Source: Podarcis gaigeae (taxonomy: Eukaryota). From it: a DNA stretch of 64,000 nucleotides. Where the stretch lies: NCBI GenBank assembly GCA_964106915.2, contig OZ066921.1. One strand, 5' to 3'. The position numbers and the translations under genes are program-made. This document shows positions 48,634 through 62,076 of the stretch, one piece after another (the first letter of the stretch is position 1; each line of letters opens with the position of its first letter). The notes under the pieces were generated by a model that saw nothing but the letters and a program-made list of their open reading frames with translations, was not told the origin of the DNA and did no database searches.

Positions 48634-48757
48634 GGAGTGAGGACTTCAACTCTGCAGCTCTCTGCAATGCGTGAAGGTGACTACACCTACCTGCTGACGG
48701 TGACGGATTCTGCTGGCCACCAGTCCACTGCTGAGGTCACAGTGATTGTGCAACCCG
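48634..48757 (+). CDS. KIAA0319L: KIAA0319L exon 11 (GVRTSTLQLSAMREGDYTYLLTVTDS...IVQP), 124 nt
   Basis: ttccaag| acceptor and CCG|gtacgc donor. Confidence 0.95.
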
Positions 48758-49796
48758 GTACGCTTAATAAGGTTTTTTGTTTGTACAACTCCCCCCATTA
48801 TATATGAGAAGCCTGTATTTGACATTAATATATTTGGGACCAGGGTTAAGGGGGATGCAGAGATAGTGACTGCATACACAGACATTTAAAGCACATGACT
48901 CCCCCCCAAAAAAAAATTTATCCGGAGAACTGTAGTTTAGCCATCAAAGAGATATAGTTTCCAGACTCCTTAAGAAAACCCTTAACAAAGTTCCCAGGAT
49001 TATTTGGGAGAAGTCGTGTGTTTTAAATATGGTGTATGTGCAGCCAGTGTGTGGGGCTGGTGGAGAGCAGCTGGTTTTCTCTTGAACCTAGATAAATGTT
49101 TGGTAGCTAATCATGTTCAACACTGGGACAATCTGAAAATAAGCCAGCTGCTCTTCTAGACAGGCCATGATCCAGACAAAGGAACATATTTATAGGTACC
49201 ATTGATTTCAACCATTGAGACCAATGGGTACTCCAAAGCACGTAACTTTGGATCATTCCCTTTTTTATTTTTTTGTAAAGCCTATTTTCCCCAAATAGCA
49301 GTGCCACCCACTCCCTTCAATTTCAAACACAGCTTGCTGTACAGCACAGATAATTGCTATTCAGGAAAAAGCAAAAAGTCAAAGGCTCTGCTGGACCAAG
49401 CAGAAAGCTAGTCTTGCAGTTTTCTGGATTGTATGCCCTTTGATTTGTGTGGTGCTATGAAAATGTCAGCCTAATTTCTGAGTCCTGTGAGCTTCCATTT
49501 TGTGAAGAGACACAAACCTATTGTCAAACTGATCCAGAATGGAAGACACTGCAATTTTTAAGCTGGGGGGAATCTCTTGTGGTTAAGATCTCCACCGCCC
49601 CATGTCTTAACTAGATTTCCTGCTTAATCTGATTTCTTAAACACTGTTTGAATCTGGCAGAGAGCATATAATTCTGTGGCCCACTCACATTCTTTTAATC
49701 ATTGACTATGCTGTTGCATATGCATTGGCCCTTGGTGTGTGAAAAGTGTTAAGATGCTAGTACTACCTAATGAGTGGTTGCTAGTACTACCTAATG

Positions 49797-49926
49797 CAGG
49801 AATGGGGAACCTCTGACCTTCCAGCTGCTCCTCAGCTGCAACTCCGATCAACCCCAGCAAGCATGCCCAGTGGCTAGGGTTGACAGGAGTTGTAATTCAG
49901 TAACATCTGGAGATTCCCCATGCCTG
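49797..49926. mobile_element. Short hAT MITE (related copies at about 5095, 7790, 47870, 52560, 55082, 59522)
   Basis: CAGGAATGGGGAA...TTCCCCATGCCTG ends and a caactccc/ggagttg internal palindrome. Confidence 0.7.
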
Positions 49927-50834
49927 GCCTAATAATTGCTCTTCTGTTGTAAGCTTTCTGTTTGACTTCCTTTAGTAATGTTTTATTTTGAAATCTTAAA
50001 GATAATGTTTTATCTTCAACCACTTTGATTTTTTTCCTTAAAAATATAAAGCGGTCTAGAAAGGAAATGAGGGAATAGATAAATAAGCTACAAACACAAT
50101 TGTAATTGGATTCCTATAGTTTGTGAGCTGTGCATCTCCCTATGTTCCATCCACACTACTTGGTGTGATGAAGCCATGTAGATGGAGAAAGGACCGTTTA
50201 GTTGAGCATGCAGGGTTGTTGTATTGTGTGGTTAGTTTTTTTCATTTTTCTGCTAAGCCTTTCTTATTTATGCTCTACTATGTCATTACTTTAATTTTTT
50301 TTAAGGCTAAACATTATCTTAATGCTAATTAAATGTGTTGGAGCAGGGACACTGCTAAAATGATGTTGACCACAATGTTTTGAAGTTAATCTTGTACCAA
50401 CATTCTTTTTCATTAATGTGTATAGATAGATTGTTTTAGTGCAGCTTAAAAAATAAACATGCTGATAAAATGACACTGACTGAAAAGCTATAGTGAAGAT
50501 TTAACAAAGTATGAACGCATGGCAATAGGTTTTCCAGCCTAATATGTTATTGCCAAAGTCAAAACCACACCCCTTTTTAAAAAAAACCCTGAAGGGTTTC
50601 ATGTAGGCAGTCTATGCCTATAGAGATTTTGGTGCTGTTGCAATCTTGGTACACACACTGATTAGATTTCCTGAAGTCTGAAAAAAAAATAAGAAAAGTA
50701 CAGGGGGAAACACAGGACAATAACAATATATGACTATATGCCTCATAGAAAATGAGTGAACAAAGCATGGCATTTCCAGGGTACCCTTCTAGTGTGGGAA
50801 CATCCTTGATTTTGTTTTACTGAGGGTTTATGAA

Positions 50835-51020
50835 GGGTTTGTAGCTCAGAGATTAACACAAGCTTGCGTGTACAAGGTCCCAGGTTTAGCTCCCAATCTC
50901 TGTGATTAAAGGCTCTCATGTAGAAGCTGGAGAATGCCCCTGCCTGAGATCCTGCAGAGCTGTTTCCAATCAGCGGAGGTAACACTGGGCTAGATGGACT
51001 TGCTTCAAGGCTGCTTTGTA
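50835..51020 (+). mobile_element. tRNA-derived squamate SINE (another copy on the - strand at about 59220-59360)
   Basis: gtagctcag...aaggtcccaggtt head and cctgcctgagatcctg..gagctg..gctagatggac body. Confidence 0.6.
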
Positions 51021-51120
51021 TAGTCATGTGAACAATGCTTGTCTGTCACCTTCCACATCAGCATCCAGTTCATTTCAAGAGTGCCTTCATATCTCTCTCA
51101 TTTTGTGAACTTTTGTTCAG

Positions 51121-51253
51121 AAAACAATAAGCCTCCCAAGGCAGATGCTGGTCCAGACAAAGAACTAACTCTTCCTGTGGACAGCACCACTCTGGATGGC
51201 AGCAAGAGCTCAGATGATCAGAAGATTGCATCCTTCCTTTGGGAAAAAACACG
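51121..51253 (+). CDS. KIAA0319L: KIAA0319L exon 12 (PKD4: ENNKPPKADAGPDKELTLPVDSTTLDGSKS...WEKT), 133 nt
   Basis: tgttcag| acceptor and ACG|gtacat donor. Confidence 0.96.
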
Positions 51254-51589
51254 GTACATTTCCCTGTCTCCCTCTTGCATACACATGATAATGCAGAACT
51301 ATGCCGTATCGTACCCTAACATGCACAGTGTATGTAGAATCTTAAAAAACAAAACAAAACCACTATTATTCAGACCAGCCTAAGCCAGCAGGCAGTAGTT
51401 GTGCCTCCTTAGGATGGGAGAATTGCAAGGGCTCCCAACTAATCAAATTGGGGCGGGTGGGGGAATGGTGCCCCCGCCTAGTTTTCCTGATTACACCTCA
51501 TTTCCCCTGTATTCCATACAAGTGAATAGGGGGAAAGCTTTTTCATTCCATTCACTTTTATGGAATAGAGAAGAGGGGCTATGATCAGG

Positions 51590-51980
51590 AACAGGAATGG
51601 AATAATCTCTCAATTTCAGTTTGCTCGTTTTCCCATGTTTCTTCAGTAAGTTGTGAAATTTTGTTTAAAAAAAATGCTCATGAAACTAAAGCTAAATCCT
51701 CAGTATTTTAGCATGAATTTCCCCCTTAAAATCACATTTTTGCACACAGTTTTGCATTTTTGTATGTTACTTTCACTAATATATTGATTTTTATGCATAT
51801 TGTCCTTTAATATTTGCATTTTTGTGAACATTCTTTGGTTTGAGAACTAGGTTGCAAAATTTGAATGTCTGCGGATTTTGATGGATGTCTGTGTTTCAGT
51901 TCTCATATTGTTTTGGAAAGTGTGAATTGGACAGATTTGGCATTACATGAGAACTGAATCAAATTTCTTCTCCAATCCTA
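51590..51980. mobile_element. AT-rich hAT-like MITE (..ATCCCTA end); related inverted copy at 55758-56030
   Basis: Terminal caatcccta / tagggatg and repeated ttttgca(t/c) motifs. Confidence 0.55.
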
Positions 51981-52203
51981 CTCAGGAAAACCCCTGAAGA
52001 GAAAGCAGTACCCTATCCCTGTAATATACAACAAGATACAGGGAAGAATAAAAAAATGCTTTGCCTACAGCACAAATTATCTTGGCCTAGCCCAATGCAC
52101 CTGGGAGTCTAGCATCTTGGCTGAATGTTCAAAGAATATTCCTCTTCTTTTCTGTGCAAAAGTTTGACATCTGCATGCTGATTCTTTTGGGGCTTTTTGC
52201 CAG

Positions 52204-52352
52204 GGGCCCAGATGGTGTGAAACTGGAAAATGCCAACAGCAGCATCGCCACAGTCACTGGGCTTGAGGTCGGGACGTACGAATTCACGCTGACTGTCAAA
52301 GATGAGCGGAACTTGCAGAGCCAGAGCTCCGTTAACGTCATTGTCAAGGAAG
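52204..52352 (+). CDS. KIAA0319L: KIAA0319L exon 13 (GPDGVKLENANSSIATVTGLEVGTYEFTLTVKDE...VKE), 149 nt
   Basis: tgccag| acceptor and AAG|gtgggt donor. Confidence 0.96.
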
Positions 52353-53769
52353 GTGGGTAGCTGGAGGGAACACAGCCTTTGGCTAAGAAGGCTCCATGCA
52401 AGGAAGCTCTTCTATTCATTGCAATCCCTTGGTGATGAAACAGAAGGTAATATGGTCTGGGGTGATAAGCAGTGGTGGAGTAGGACGAGGGAGACATGGG
52501 CTGAAATTCCTTCTTGGGCCAGAAAGCTTACAGGGTGGTGATGGGTCAGTAACCATATCTCAGCCTTCCCCAACCTGTTACAACTCCCATCAGCCCCAAA
52601 CAGCATAGCTCTGCTGGCTGGAGTGATGGGTTGCAGTCCAAAACATCTTGAGAGCAACATGTTGGCCAAGGCAGGGCTAGCTTAACCTCACTGGATTGTT
52701 GTGAGGTTGTTGTGTGATAGCCCTTGTTTAGCCCCCTGAGCAACTTGACAAACAGACAAGAGAACATTATTCTTGTTTTCCCTCTTCAGTCAGTCTTGGA
52801 TTCCATCACTGCCCAAACCATGTGTCTCTGTCTCTCCAAACGGCCAGATGATCTCATTTTTTTTCTGGGCCTTTCTGTGAGAGAATGAAATCCAAGCACT
52901 AATGCCTGTTAAAATGCTTCTACTGTTCACTTGCAAAATCAAGCTTTTGAAAAGAGGCTCTACAGAAATAAAAGAGCTCTACCTGAAGGCTTCAGGAAGT
53001 TGATCATAATTGCCCATCATTATTACTCATTGCTCCTTCACTACATTTCAGTGTATTAAAATCTGGTTTTTATCTTGGTTATTCCCATGACAACCCTGTG
53101 AGGTATGGTACAAATCTCCAGCCTGAAGCACACTTGGTTCTGTCATGCCTACATTCACTTCTCCCAGCACTTAAACGGCAGGAAGCCTGAATCACTGAGC
53201 CATGTGATGCACTTGAACTTCCCTGCTATGCAGGTGAAGGTGGGCAGTCAGATGAATGTAAGAAGAATCTTGCTGGATCAGACGGAAGGCCCACCTAGTC
53301 CTGCTCTTTTGTCACACAGTGGCCAGCTTGATGCCTGTGGGAAGTCCACAAGCAGTACATGAGCATCATAGCACTTTCCCATTCATGTTCACCAGCAAAT
53401 GGTATCCAGAGGCATGCTGTCGCTAATCCTGCAGGTACCATATAGTAATAATGACTGGTAGCCATTGATAGCCTTATCCTCCAGGAATTAGTCTGATCCC
53501 CTTTTGAAGTCACCCAAGCTAGTAGCAAGTTCTGTCTTTTAACCATACATTGTGCAAAGTTCTTCCTTTTGTCTGTCCTGATCTCCTACCTTGCAGCTTC
53601 CTTGGATGTGTGTGTGTGGGGGTGTGTGATATAAGTATCTTCATTTCAAGGTTCAGGGTATCCTGAGGAAGGCCTCAGATGTGGGACAGGGGCCTGTAGT
53701 GTGAGTGGAGCTCTGGAGAAAATAGACAGAGGTGGCTTGCATAAGCAGAACTCAACTCATATGCAAGCT

Positions 53770-53879
53770 GTTGTTGTTTAGTCATTTAGTCGTGTCCGAC
53801 TCTTCGTGACCCCATGGACCAGAGCACGCCAGGCACTCCTGTCTTCCACTGCCTCCCGCAGTTTGGTCAAACTCATGCG
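53770..53879 (-). mobile_element. RTE Bov-B LINE extreme 3' end (110 bp) with perfect 12-bp TSD
   Basis: Near-identical to the start of 19860-19970. TSD catatgcaagct at 53758-53769 and 53880-53891. Confidence 0.92.
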
Positions 53880-54260
53880 CATATGCAAGCTACCTCCACC
53901 TAATTTCAGCCAACTCACCACTCTTAGCGTAGATCCCTGCCTTGCATGCTGAGCCTTTCAGAGGGCACTGCAGAGGGCAGGAAATGGAGGAGAGCCGGAG
54001 GAGATGGAGAATTGCCCCTATGCAATAAACACATACAGTCCATTGCACTTTGCCAAAGACAACCCAGTGAGCTACACAGCAGGTCTTCTGACCTGGATTT
54101 CCCAACCAGGTCACCTGGTATTATTATATTCTTCATCAAACATAACTAAGTGATTAGAATTGCTAAAGAAGAATTAGTCAACTTTTCCTTAGTTATGGAT
54201 GGGTTACAGTTTGCTGAAGCTCCTTTGTATTCTGATCCTTTGTCCTCATTTCATACTCAG

Positions 54261-54412
54261 AGATCAATAAGCCACCCACAGCAAAGATAGCTGGGAATGT
54301 TGTCATCACCCTTCCTACCAACACAGCAGAGCTTGATGGCTCCAGATCCACAGATGACAAAGGAATTGTTGCCTTCCTTTGGACTCGGGATGACGTCAGC
54401 CCTGCGGCTGGG
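54261..54412 (+). CDS. KIAA0319L: KIAA0319L exon 14 (PKD5: EINKPPTAKIAGNVVITLPTNTAELDGS...SPAAG), 152 nt
   Basis: tactcag| acceptor and GGG|gtgagt donor. Confidence 0.96.
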
Positions 54413-55311
54413 GTGAGTAATGCTGCTATCTATTCTGCAGTGTTTACTTGTGTGCAAGTGACTCATCGAATTTTAGTAAAGCTTGGAAAGTGCTACATGA
54501 GTTACTGCACTCAGCCAAGAAGAGAGAGACCGTCCAATGTACTGAATTTTCTTTTTCTTCAGGGCCTGCTTAAATCTTTCTAAGACCAGTTACACAGAGG
54601 TGCTTTTTGGAGCAAAATGCCACAGGGGAAAGCATGTTAGTTTATTATAGCAAATGCAAAGAAAGGGTTGGTTAATGGGAGCTATGCCTCTGAAGTGCAC
54701 TCAGTTTTGACTTAATTTTTAAACCTCTTCTTCTGACTCATGAACCTTTGAAATGTCCCTGATTTTTTCACTATACCAACAAGTGTGTCTTGTGACTAGG
54801 ACTGCATGGTCTTCAAAATTCTGAATTTTGCTGCATGTTCTTAGAGTTTAGATGTTATAAGTCAAGATAGTCTCAGTGCTCCAAACACTAGTGATTCCTT
54901 CAAAGTCCTGGTTACAAAAGGGTATCTGGAAGAAGATGGCTTTTCTCTTAAGCTGTTCGCTAAAAAAACAGCCTAGCTTGCTTCTATCTCTCCTCTGCCT
55001 ACAGGAATCTGGGATTGTTACAGCGAGGGAGGGTGTGAAATGTTTCAGGAAAATGCAGCTCTAAAAGAGGTGACCCTAGACCAGAAGTGGGAACCTGTGG
55101 CCCTCCAGATGTTGGTAGACACCAACTCACATCAGCCCCAGCCAGCATGGTTAAGGAAGATGGGAGTTGGAGTCCAGTAACATATAGGAGGCTATAGGTT
55201 TCATACTCCTCCCCTAGGTCTCCCTGGGACCCTGCACTTCTGATATATTCCCTTGTATTTCATAGGATTGCAAGGTGCATCATCACCCTTGTATGTTTTT
55301 GTTAAATGCAG

Positions 55312-55450
55312 GAGGTGTTAAATAACTCAGACCACCATGCGGTGCTGTTCCTCTCCAACCTGGTGGAGGGGACATATTCATTCCATCTCAAAGTGACTGA
55401 CGCCAAAGGGGAGAGTGATATGGACAGAGCCACAGTGGAAGTAAAACCTG
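55312..55450 (+). CDS. KIAA0319L: KIAA0319L exon 15 (EVLNNSDHHAVLFLSNLVEGTYSFHLKVTDAKG...VKP), 139 nt
   Basis: aatgcag| acceptor and CTG|gtgagc donor. Confidence 0.96.
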
Positions 55451-56968
55451 GTGAGCTACAAATACACAGGCACACACACTCACATGTACTTGATCTTCTG
55501 GAAGAGAAGTTATTGCTAATTAATCATAATATTTAGCATTTATATGCACACTTTTAAAAGTATTCATTTATTGGTTTTCAATAATATATGCACATTCCTT
55601 TCGTGTTCAGAGCACTTCACAAACAGTACCTTAGTAATAATGGCCTACATATTGTAAAGATTATAGCTCCCTATTGTAAATGTGGAGATGGAGAAGGGGG
55701 GCATACATAAGCCCTCCTTAATGGATGAAGTGAGATTTGGACTGAGGACTTCCTAGTAGGGATGCGGGCGTTGGTTTGGATATGAAACTACCTTACTCTC
55801 ACTCTCACTTCTTGAAACAGGATGTGATTGTGAACCAAAATGCAACTATCCTTCAAAATTCACACTTCTCCATATTTTGTGAATTTTGTACAAAAAACCC
55901 CACATGATTGGGAATACTGCTTGCAAAAATGTGTGTATCAGGGAAAATGCACACTAAAATGCTGACACATATTTGGGATGACTTTTTAAGAAAGCAAACT
56001 GAGGGTAAATTGACTGGTCCTCCCATCCCAACTTCCCAGCTCACCCTCTTAGACATTACTTTACACCAGCTCTCGGGACTAAGGCCCTGTATCAGTCTGA
56101 TTACACGAGAAGTATGATTGATCTTCTACAAGTTTACTCAGAAGTAAATCCTGTTGTTAGACATGCAGCATACTGGTTAAAGAATACCAGATCCCTCTAT
56201 AGCTTCATATATGGCTCTCTTTATTTACATCTGTTCATATCTTTTTAATCTTTTTTATTGATTTTTGAAAATATAAACATACAACATAAAACAATACAAA
56301 ATCCAAATTCTGAGATTACTCTGAATCTCCTGACTTTCCCCCATCCCTTCCATGGGTCCTTTTGATTCTATTTTCAACTGCATATCAGTACTTCTCCAAT
56401 TTTCCATCTTCCTAAGTTTACATCTGTTGATATCTTGACACAACTGTAAGAACTGGAATCCCATTTGTAATTGGATGCAGTAATAATTGTTGCAATACAT
56501 GCATGGGAAAGGTTTTGTGACTGCCTAACACTGAGAAAATGGGTGTAGTATCTGTGATACACTTTTTTCAATAGCCAGAGGGTGGTATTAACATAGACCT
56601 TTTTTGAGATAAGATTTGGAGGGCAGGTGTTAAGCAGAATCTGATGGGGAGCATCAGGAAATGGAAGAATTTGGGGGGGGAGGGGCAAGAGGTCAGGAGC
56701 TGGTTCAGCATGTGATTATAAAACAGTCTAGTTGCTAGAAGCTGTGCTCTTCTCTTGGAGTTTTTCCAAAGGCTGAATCTCTTGGATGCTCTGCACAACC
56801 TGTCTATTTGGGTTGGCTTCTGTGCCAAGCTGGGGATGCAAGGATTCACACAGCATGTACATTTGCTCATATTTCTATTTGAATAAATGTTGTTGGGAAT
56901 GGGGCAAGCCAAAATTTTCAAATCAGCTGGAATTCATGAGTGAGATGGTACTTATGCATTCTTTTCAG

Positions 56969-57128
56969 ATCCAAGGAAGAACAACCTTGTGGAGATGATA
57001 CTAGATGTGAATGTCAGCCAGCTGACAGAACGGCAGAAGGGCATGTTTATCCGTCAGATAGCGGTTTTGCTGGGAGTCCTGGATTCAGACATCATCGTAC
57101 AAAAGATTCAGCCTTACACAGAGGAGAG
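56969..57128 (+). CDS. KIAA0319L: KIAA0319L exon 16 (DPRKNNLVEMILDVNVSQLTERQKGMFIRQ...PYTEE), 160 nt
   Basis: ttttcag| acceptor and GAG|gtagga donor. Confidence 0.96.
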
Positions 57129-58327
57129 GTAGGAGACCATGGAGAGGATCTTAACCGAGACAACCTAGTTGTACCCTAGAAGTTGCAATTTGCTCATTTA
57201 AAAACAGACATAGGAAAGTGATAAAACACAGCACTCCCTTTTTGAGCTGGGTGCTGGCGGTTGATTTTCAAGATTGAAATATTTTGTGGATAAGTTTGTG
57301 TGCACTTGTGGTTCCTTGAAAAATATTCATTCATAATGAGAATTTCATGGCGGGTACAGACATAGATAGAATGCACTCACTGTATGTCTCATGTTAACTT
57401 CTCCACAGTATCAAGCTCAGAGGAAACCTGCTTTTCCCCAGGTTTGCAGCAGAAGCTGGGTTTGAACAGTGCTGGTTCTCTGGCCTTTGTATCTGCCATG
57501 AAGCCACCACTCCTCTCTCCCCATCCTCCCCCACTTTCTTAGAACAGTAAAACAGTAAAAACCTGAAGAGAAAGTGCCAGGCATTTGAGCCACTGACCAT
57601 GCAGTTGTTTGGAAACCAAAGCTAAGGGAGATAGCCCACATGGAGGAGGAGGAGGAGCACCCCACATTCATTTCAGAGCCAGATGCATGTGTCCATTGAA
57701 GACAAAAGGTGGGGGAAGGGGCGCTTAGCTATAGCCACACACACAAAAAGGCTGCACATAAAACTGTTTTCAGCCTTAAAGTGCAAGTTCAAGCACCCTG
57801 TGTGTGGATATATTTTCATAGGTTTATGTTGTCAGCCTTGCTTCACTGCAAGCCAAACCTCTTTAGGTTTTGGGGCAGGAGGACAAACCCAGGCTTGGAG
57901 CCCTGGATTGCATTGTGGAGCCTCATGCCCTAGGTTCTCATGCGTCAGGAATCGCAACAGCACAGAGCTCTTGCCTAAGCTAGTGCTTGATTAACCCTGG
58001 CACATTATCCAGTCCTTTCAGAAATCTGGGCATCTGAACTTCCTGCCAAGTTTATCCAGACTGAATCTTCTGATACATAAGTGAAGTGTTCACTTTTCGT
58101 TAACCTTGAAAAAATTCTTTTGCTTAATGACATGAGCCAAGAAACAGAGGTGCTCTGGGCTTTCAGTTCTAACCCCGTCCCCCCTCCCGCCACCTCACAT
58201 CATCCCAGTCGCAGACCAGTCATTTACCGTTCTTCCTCCTAGCAGACGAGGAAGAGGTTTGCATCTGATCAATATATATTTGGCTGCAGTTAAGAAAGCA
58301 TTAAGTAAATGGAATATGGATGCATTT

Positions 58328-58341
58328 TCTTTTTTGTGCTC

Positions 58342-58379
<38 letters not shown>

Positions 58380-58388
58380 GTCTGTCTC
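58328..58388. repeat. (CT)n/(TCTG)n microsatellite
   Basis: Read directly from the sequence. Confidence 0.85.
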
Positions 58389-58867
58389 TTTTTAAGGAGC
58401 ACTTTTATCTGTGCCAGGTGGACAGGATGGGGTTTTGCATGGCTCGATTCTGGTGCTGCTGCTTTGATTTGCTGTTAAGAGAGGGTTCCAGGGGGGCTGT
58501 TTCACATTTTGTCCTTTTTGAGCAGAGCTATGCATATTTTGCTCTGGGGGAAAAAATCTGAAGTCTGCAATGGCAATAAATCATGCAAACAAAGCAGATA
58601 TATGTGTGTCTGGTTCCTTGGTTTTGCATAATTATTTTGCTTCCAGGAACTGACTTCTCAAAGAACATAGATTCACTTCCAAAGAAACTTGAGGAATTAA
58701 TGGAAAAGAAGGCTTGTAGGGGCGAGACCTGCTAAAGATTTTGTATCATGGAAATCTTTCTTTGTGTTCTTCCCATTCACCCATCCCAACTCCCAGTAGT
58801 TGCAGTTTTCTGGAGAGAAACCTTCTATTTATGCTTCTTATATCCCCAATTTTCCTGTTAATTGCAG

Positions 58868-59013
58868 CACAAAGATGGTGTTCTACGTGTGGAATCAGCC
58901 TCCTCATCAGATCTTCAAAGGGCATGACATTGCTTGGTCACTCAAGAATGAGCTGCGGAAGCAGCAGCAGTCAGGTTTCCTCATCTTCCGAGTGCTGGAG
59001 ATCAATACAGTCA
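58868..59013 (+). CDS. KIAA0319L: KIAA0319L exon 17 (STKMVFYVWNQPPHQIFKGH...LEINTV), 146 nt
   Basis: attgcag| acceptor and TCA|gtaagt donor. Confidence 0.95.
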
Positions 59014-61122
59014 GTAAGTCAGAGGAACAGCTGATGTGGCTGCTGACCATTTCTTGTCACCTTGCACCACCTTCTTCCAGTGAGAAGTTTCACTTTCCCT
59101 GTGTCCAACTTCCCCTAAGGCCATTGCATCTGTAAGTGCACCATATCTGGGGTGGGGTTGAGGATCACAGTAAAAAATAACTTGCTTCTGACAATGGCAC
59201 CTTATATGGAGCCTATCTCAATCAGATTTGTCAACACTGAATGACAGTGCCTCTCCAGGGTTTCAGACTGGGAACGTTCCCAGTTCTACCTGGAGATGCC
59301 AGGGATTGAATCTAGGGCATTCTGCCTGCAAGACAGATGCTCTGCCACTGAACTATGGCCAGCGTAGTGGACCCCAATTTCTCCACCTAGATAAATTCCA
59401 GAGAGACTGAATGATATGTTCCACCAACAGACATCCTAGCAATAATGTTTCTGCTAGAAACCAACAGTGATGGTTCTTTTCCTACCAAGCTGAAGAATGG
59501 GAGAAGATATGGTTGCTTATAGCAGCCTTCACTAACCTGGTGCCCTTCAAATGTTTTGGACTACCACTCCCTCAACCTCAGCCACCATGCCTGTTGTTCT
59601 GATCACTTCATGTATGTTATTTCAGGAATCACTGCAAACAGGAACCCAGTAAATTAAACCAGAGTTATTCTTGTTTATTGCAGGTTGCAGGGTGGGGGTG
59701 GGATTACAAATCTGCCTAAAGCCACATAATTTGAATCTGTCCCTGGGCATTACCTCATTAGGGTGGTGTTGTTGTTTTTAACTGATATGATTGCTTCTTA
59801 CCTCCTTGAAATGTATATGATGCCTGCCCCCAGTTGTATTGATACCACTATTGCTGATCCTTTCTTCTGGGAGTTCTTAGACTAGTTTTATGCCAAGTTT
59901 TCTGAGCTATTGCATTTTACTACCATGGTTCATGCCATATGAACCAGCAGCACAGTGCTATTACTGTTTTGATAGCACGGGCTTCAGTCCTGCATATCCA
60001 CTTTAGCACCCTTTTCCTCACCTTCCTTCTCCACCCTATCTTTGACCTTGCAGTTGATCTATGGGAAGAAAAAAGGTTTTATCCTCCATTCTATTCCCAT
60101 TGTCAGTCTTTTTTTTTCTTTTTCTTTTTTGGAAGCTACTTCCCATTGTGCACTTCTAAATCTTCATGGTTCCAAGTATAAGTTTTCAATTAATAATGCT
60201 ATCTGTGCTGCTTTCTTGACCTGATGCAGGGTGCATGCTGAACTGCTCCCACTTCTGGGGATGGCACAAGAAAGAGGGAATTAGGCATAAATGTGAGAAG
60301 CAAAGCGGCAAGAGCAGACAACTGGCAGTGTAACACACAGTGGGAAGTGGAGGAAGAGCTATAGCAGGGGATATGTGGAGCTCTGTTTTTGTGAAGGAGA
60401 AGCCAAAAGCCTCTTGACAGCTGGCCGCCTCTGCCTTTGCCATTGTGACACAGACATCCACACACCATTCTGCTAACTCTCAGTTGCATTATGGGATTTA
60501 TGTTCTGCAGGAAGTTCACATTATGCACATTGGCTGGGGTTTGGCATCTCTCAGGGGCCATTGAGGCTGAAACCTGAAGTTGACTGGGTGCTACTCATGG
60601 ACCAAGAACAAACAGTGATGTTGTATAAGGAAAAGGCAGCCCTACTGACTATTATTATAGAGCTGGCACTCAAGCTTGGATTCAGCAAAAGAGACCACAA
60701 ATATATTTTTGAAACTTGGAAAGTGAGAGAAAATGGCATTGGGGGCAGGGGAAGCCCCCAGTGTTTGCACATAACTTTCTGCACCAGTGTATATATGTGT
60801 ATGCATGGATCTAGGGTTTTTTTTGGGGGGGGGGCATTCAAATATCACTAGATGTTTTTATTGCACTTTTCAATGGCATGTAGCACAGACTTGTCTTATG
60901 AACAAGGGCCTGCTTGCATGATATTGATCAGTGTCCCCCACAAGCACATCCAGTATATCCAAGTGGGATGTGTGCATACTACAGTGAGCCCAAGATAAGG
61001 AACAGAATGGAGCTCTGAACCTGGATGTCTTGAGAATCTAAAGTCAGCGGGGAAATGTTTGAATCCTCATCCCTGACTGTGAAACTTAATTGTGGTGTCT
61101 GACTGGGCTCTCCCTCCTCTAG

Positions 61123-61245
61123 CCTGCCAGTTGAACTGTTCAGAACATGGGCACTGCAACTCCTTCACCAAGCGCTGTGTTTGTGACCCTTTCTGGATGG
61201 AGAACTTCATCAAAGTGCAACTAGGTGATGGCGAGAGCAACTGTG
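61123..61245 (+). CDS. KIAA0319L: KIAA0319L exon 18 (EGF-like C6 domain CQLNCSEHGHCNSFTKRCVCDPFW...SNC), 123 nt
   Basis: cctctag| acceptor and GTG|gtaggt donor. Confidence 0.96.
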
Positions 61246-61716
61246 GTAGGTACCACTGTCTCTTTCCTTTCATGGTTAATAAGGCAGCAGCATCTGCAAG
61301 AGGCTCAGTGCCTAAATGCAGAAAGTTTCTGTTTGTTTCTGTGTCATGCCCCACTGTGGAGAAGGAGCCCTCAAAGGGAAAGAAGAACAGGCAAAAAGGG
61401 TATTGGGTGTTGGTTTGGTATATGTTTGAGGGAGGGGATTAATGGCCTGATCACACGGAATCTCTGCAGAAATCAGTAGCTGTACTATATCTAGTGTCTT
61501 AAATATTGAGCAGCTTCTGGCCTCATCTTAAGTGATTGGTAGGACAGGGCTTAGTGAGGGGATGTCACTACCCACATTAGCGGTCAGTTGAGACATCAAA
61601 GTTGTATCTCATCCAACTCTCCCACTTTACTTATAGTCCCAGCAGAGGTACCTGAGCCAGCCTGGTGCAACATGCAAATGTAGAACTGTAGAGCCACTTC
61701 TTGAGGGATTCCTTAG

Positions 61717-62076
61717 CATAGGCGCCAACTATAGGGGCCCTGGGGGCCCGGGCACCGACAGTACGGGCACCAATGTGACTTCCGGTTTCTACCAAAAGTT
61801 GTGTCGCAGGCCCATTGCAACCCCTAAGGCGATGTTGGAGACCCTGCCAGGTCTCTGACGCGACTTCTGGTACAAACCAGAAGTCACGTCAGAGGTCTCA
61901 CAAGGCCTCAAATGCAATCTCCAAGGCCACACAAGGTTTTGGAGATCTCCTCTGAGGTCCTGCCAGGCCTCAGAAGTGCCACTGCAGCGCATTGATGTAA
62001 TGTGACACCACAACGTCACATTTTGTCACAGAAGCCATTGGGCACCCATAACCTGGAGCCCAAGTTGGCACCCCTG
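61717..62076. mobile_element. hAT (Tip100-like) MITE
   Basis: CATAGGCGCCAACT / AGTTGGCACCCCTG TIRs. Degenerate 8-bp TSD ttccttag/ctccgtag. Confidence 0.7.

Noticed and set aside
41550-49797. Short tandem duplications (25 bp at about 41550, 14 bp at about 41680, 17 bp at about 49755)
   Set aside because: Ordinary slippage or repair duplications with no further structure.
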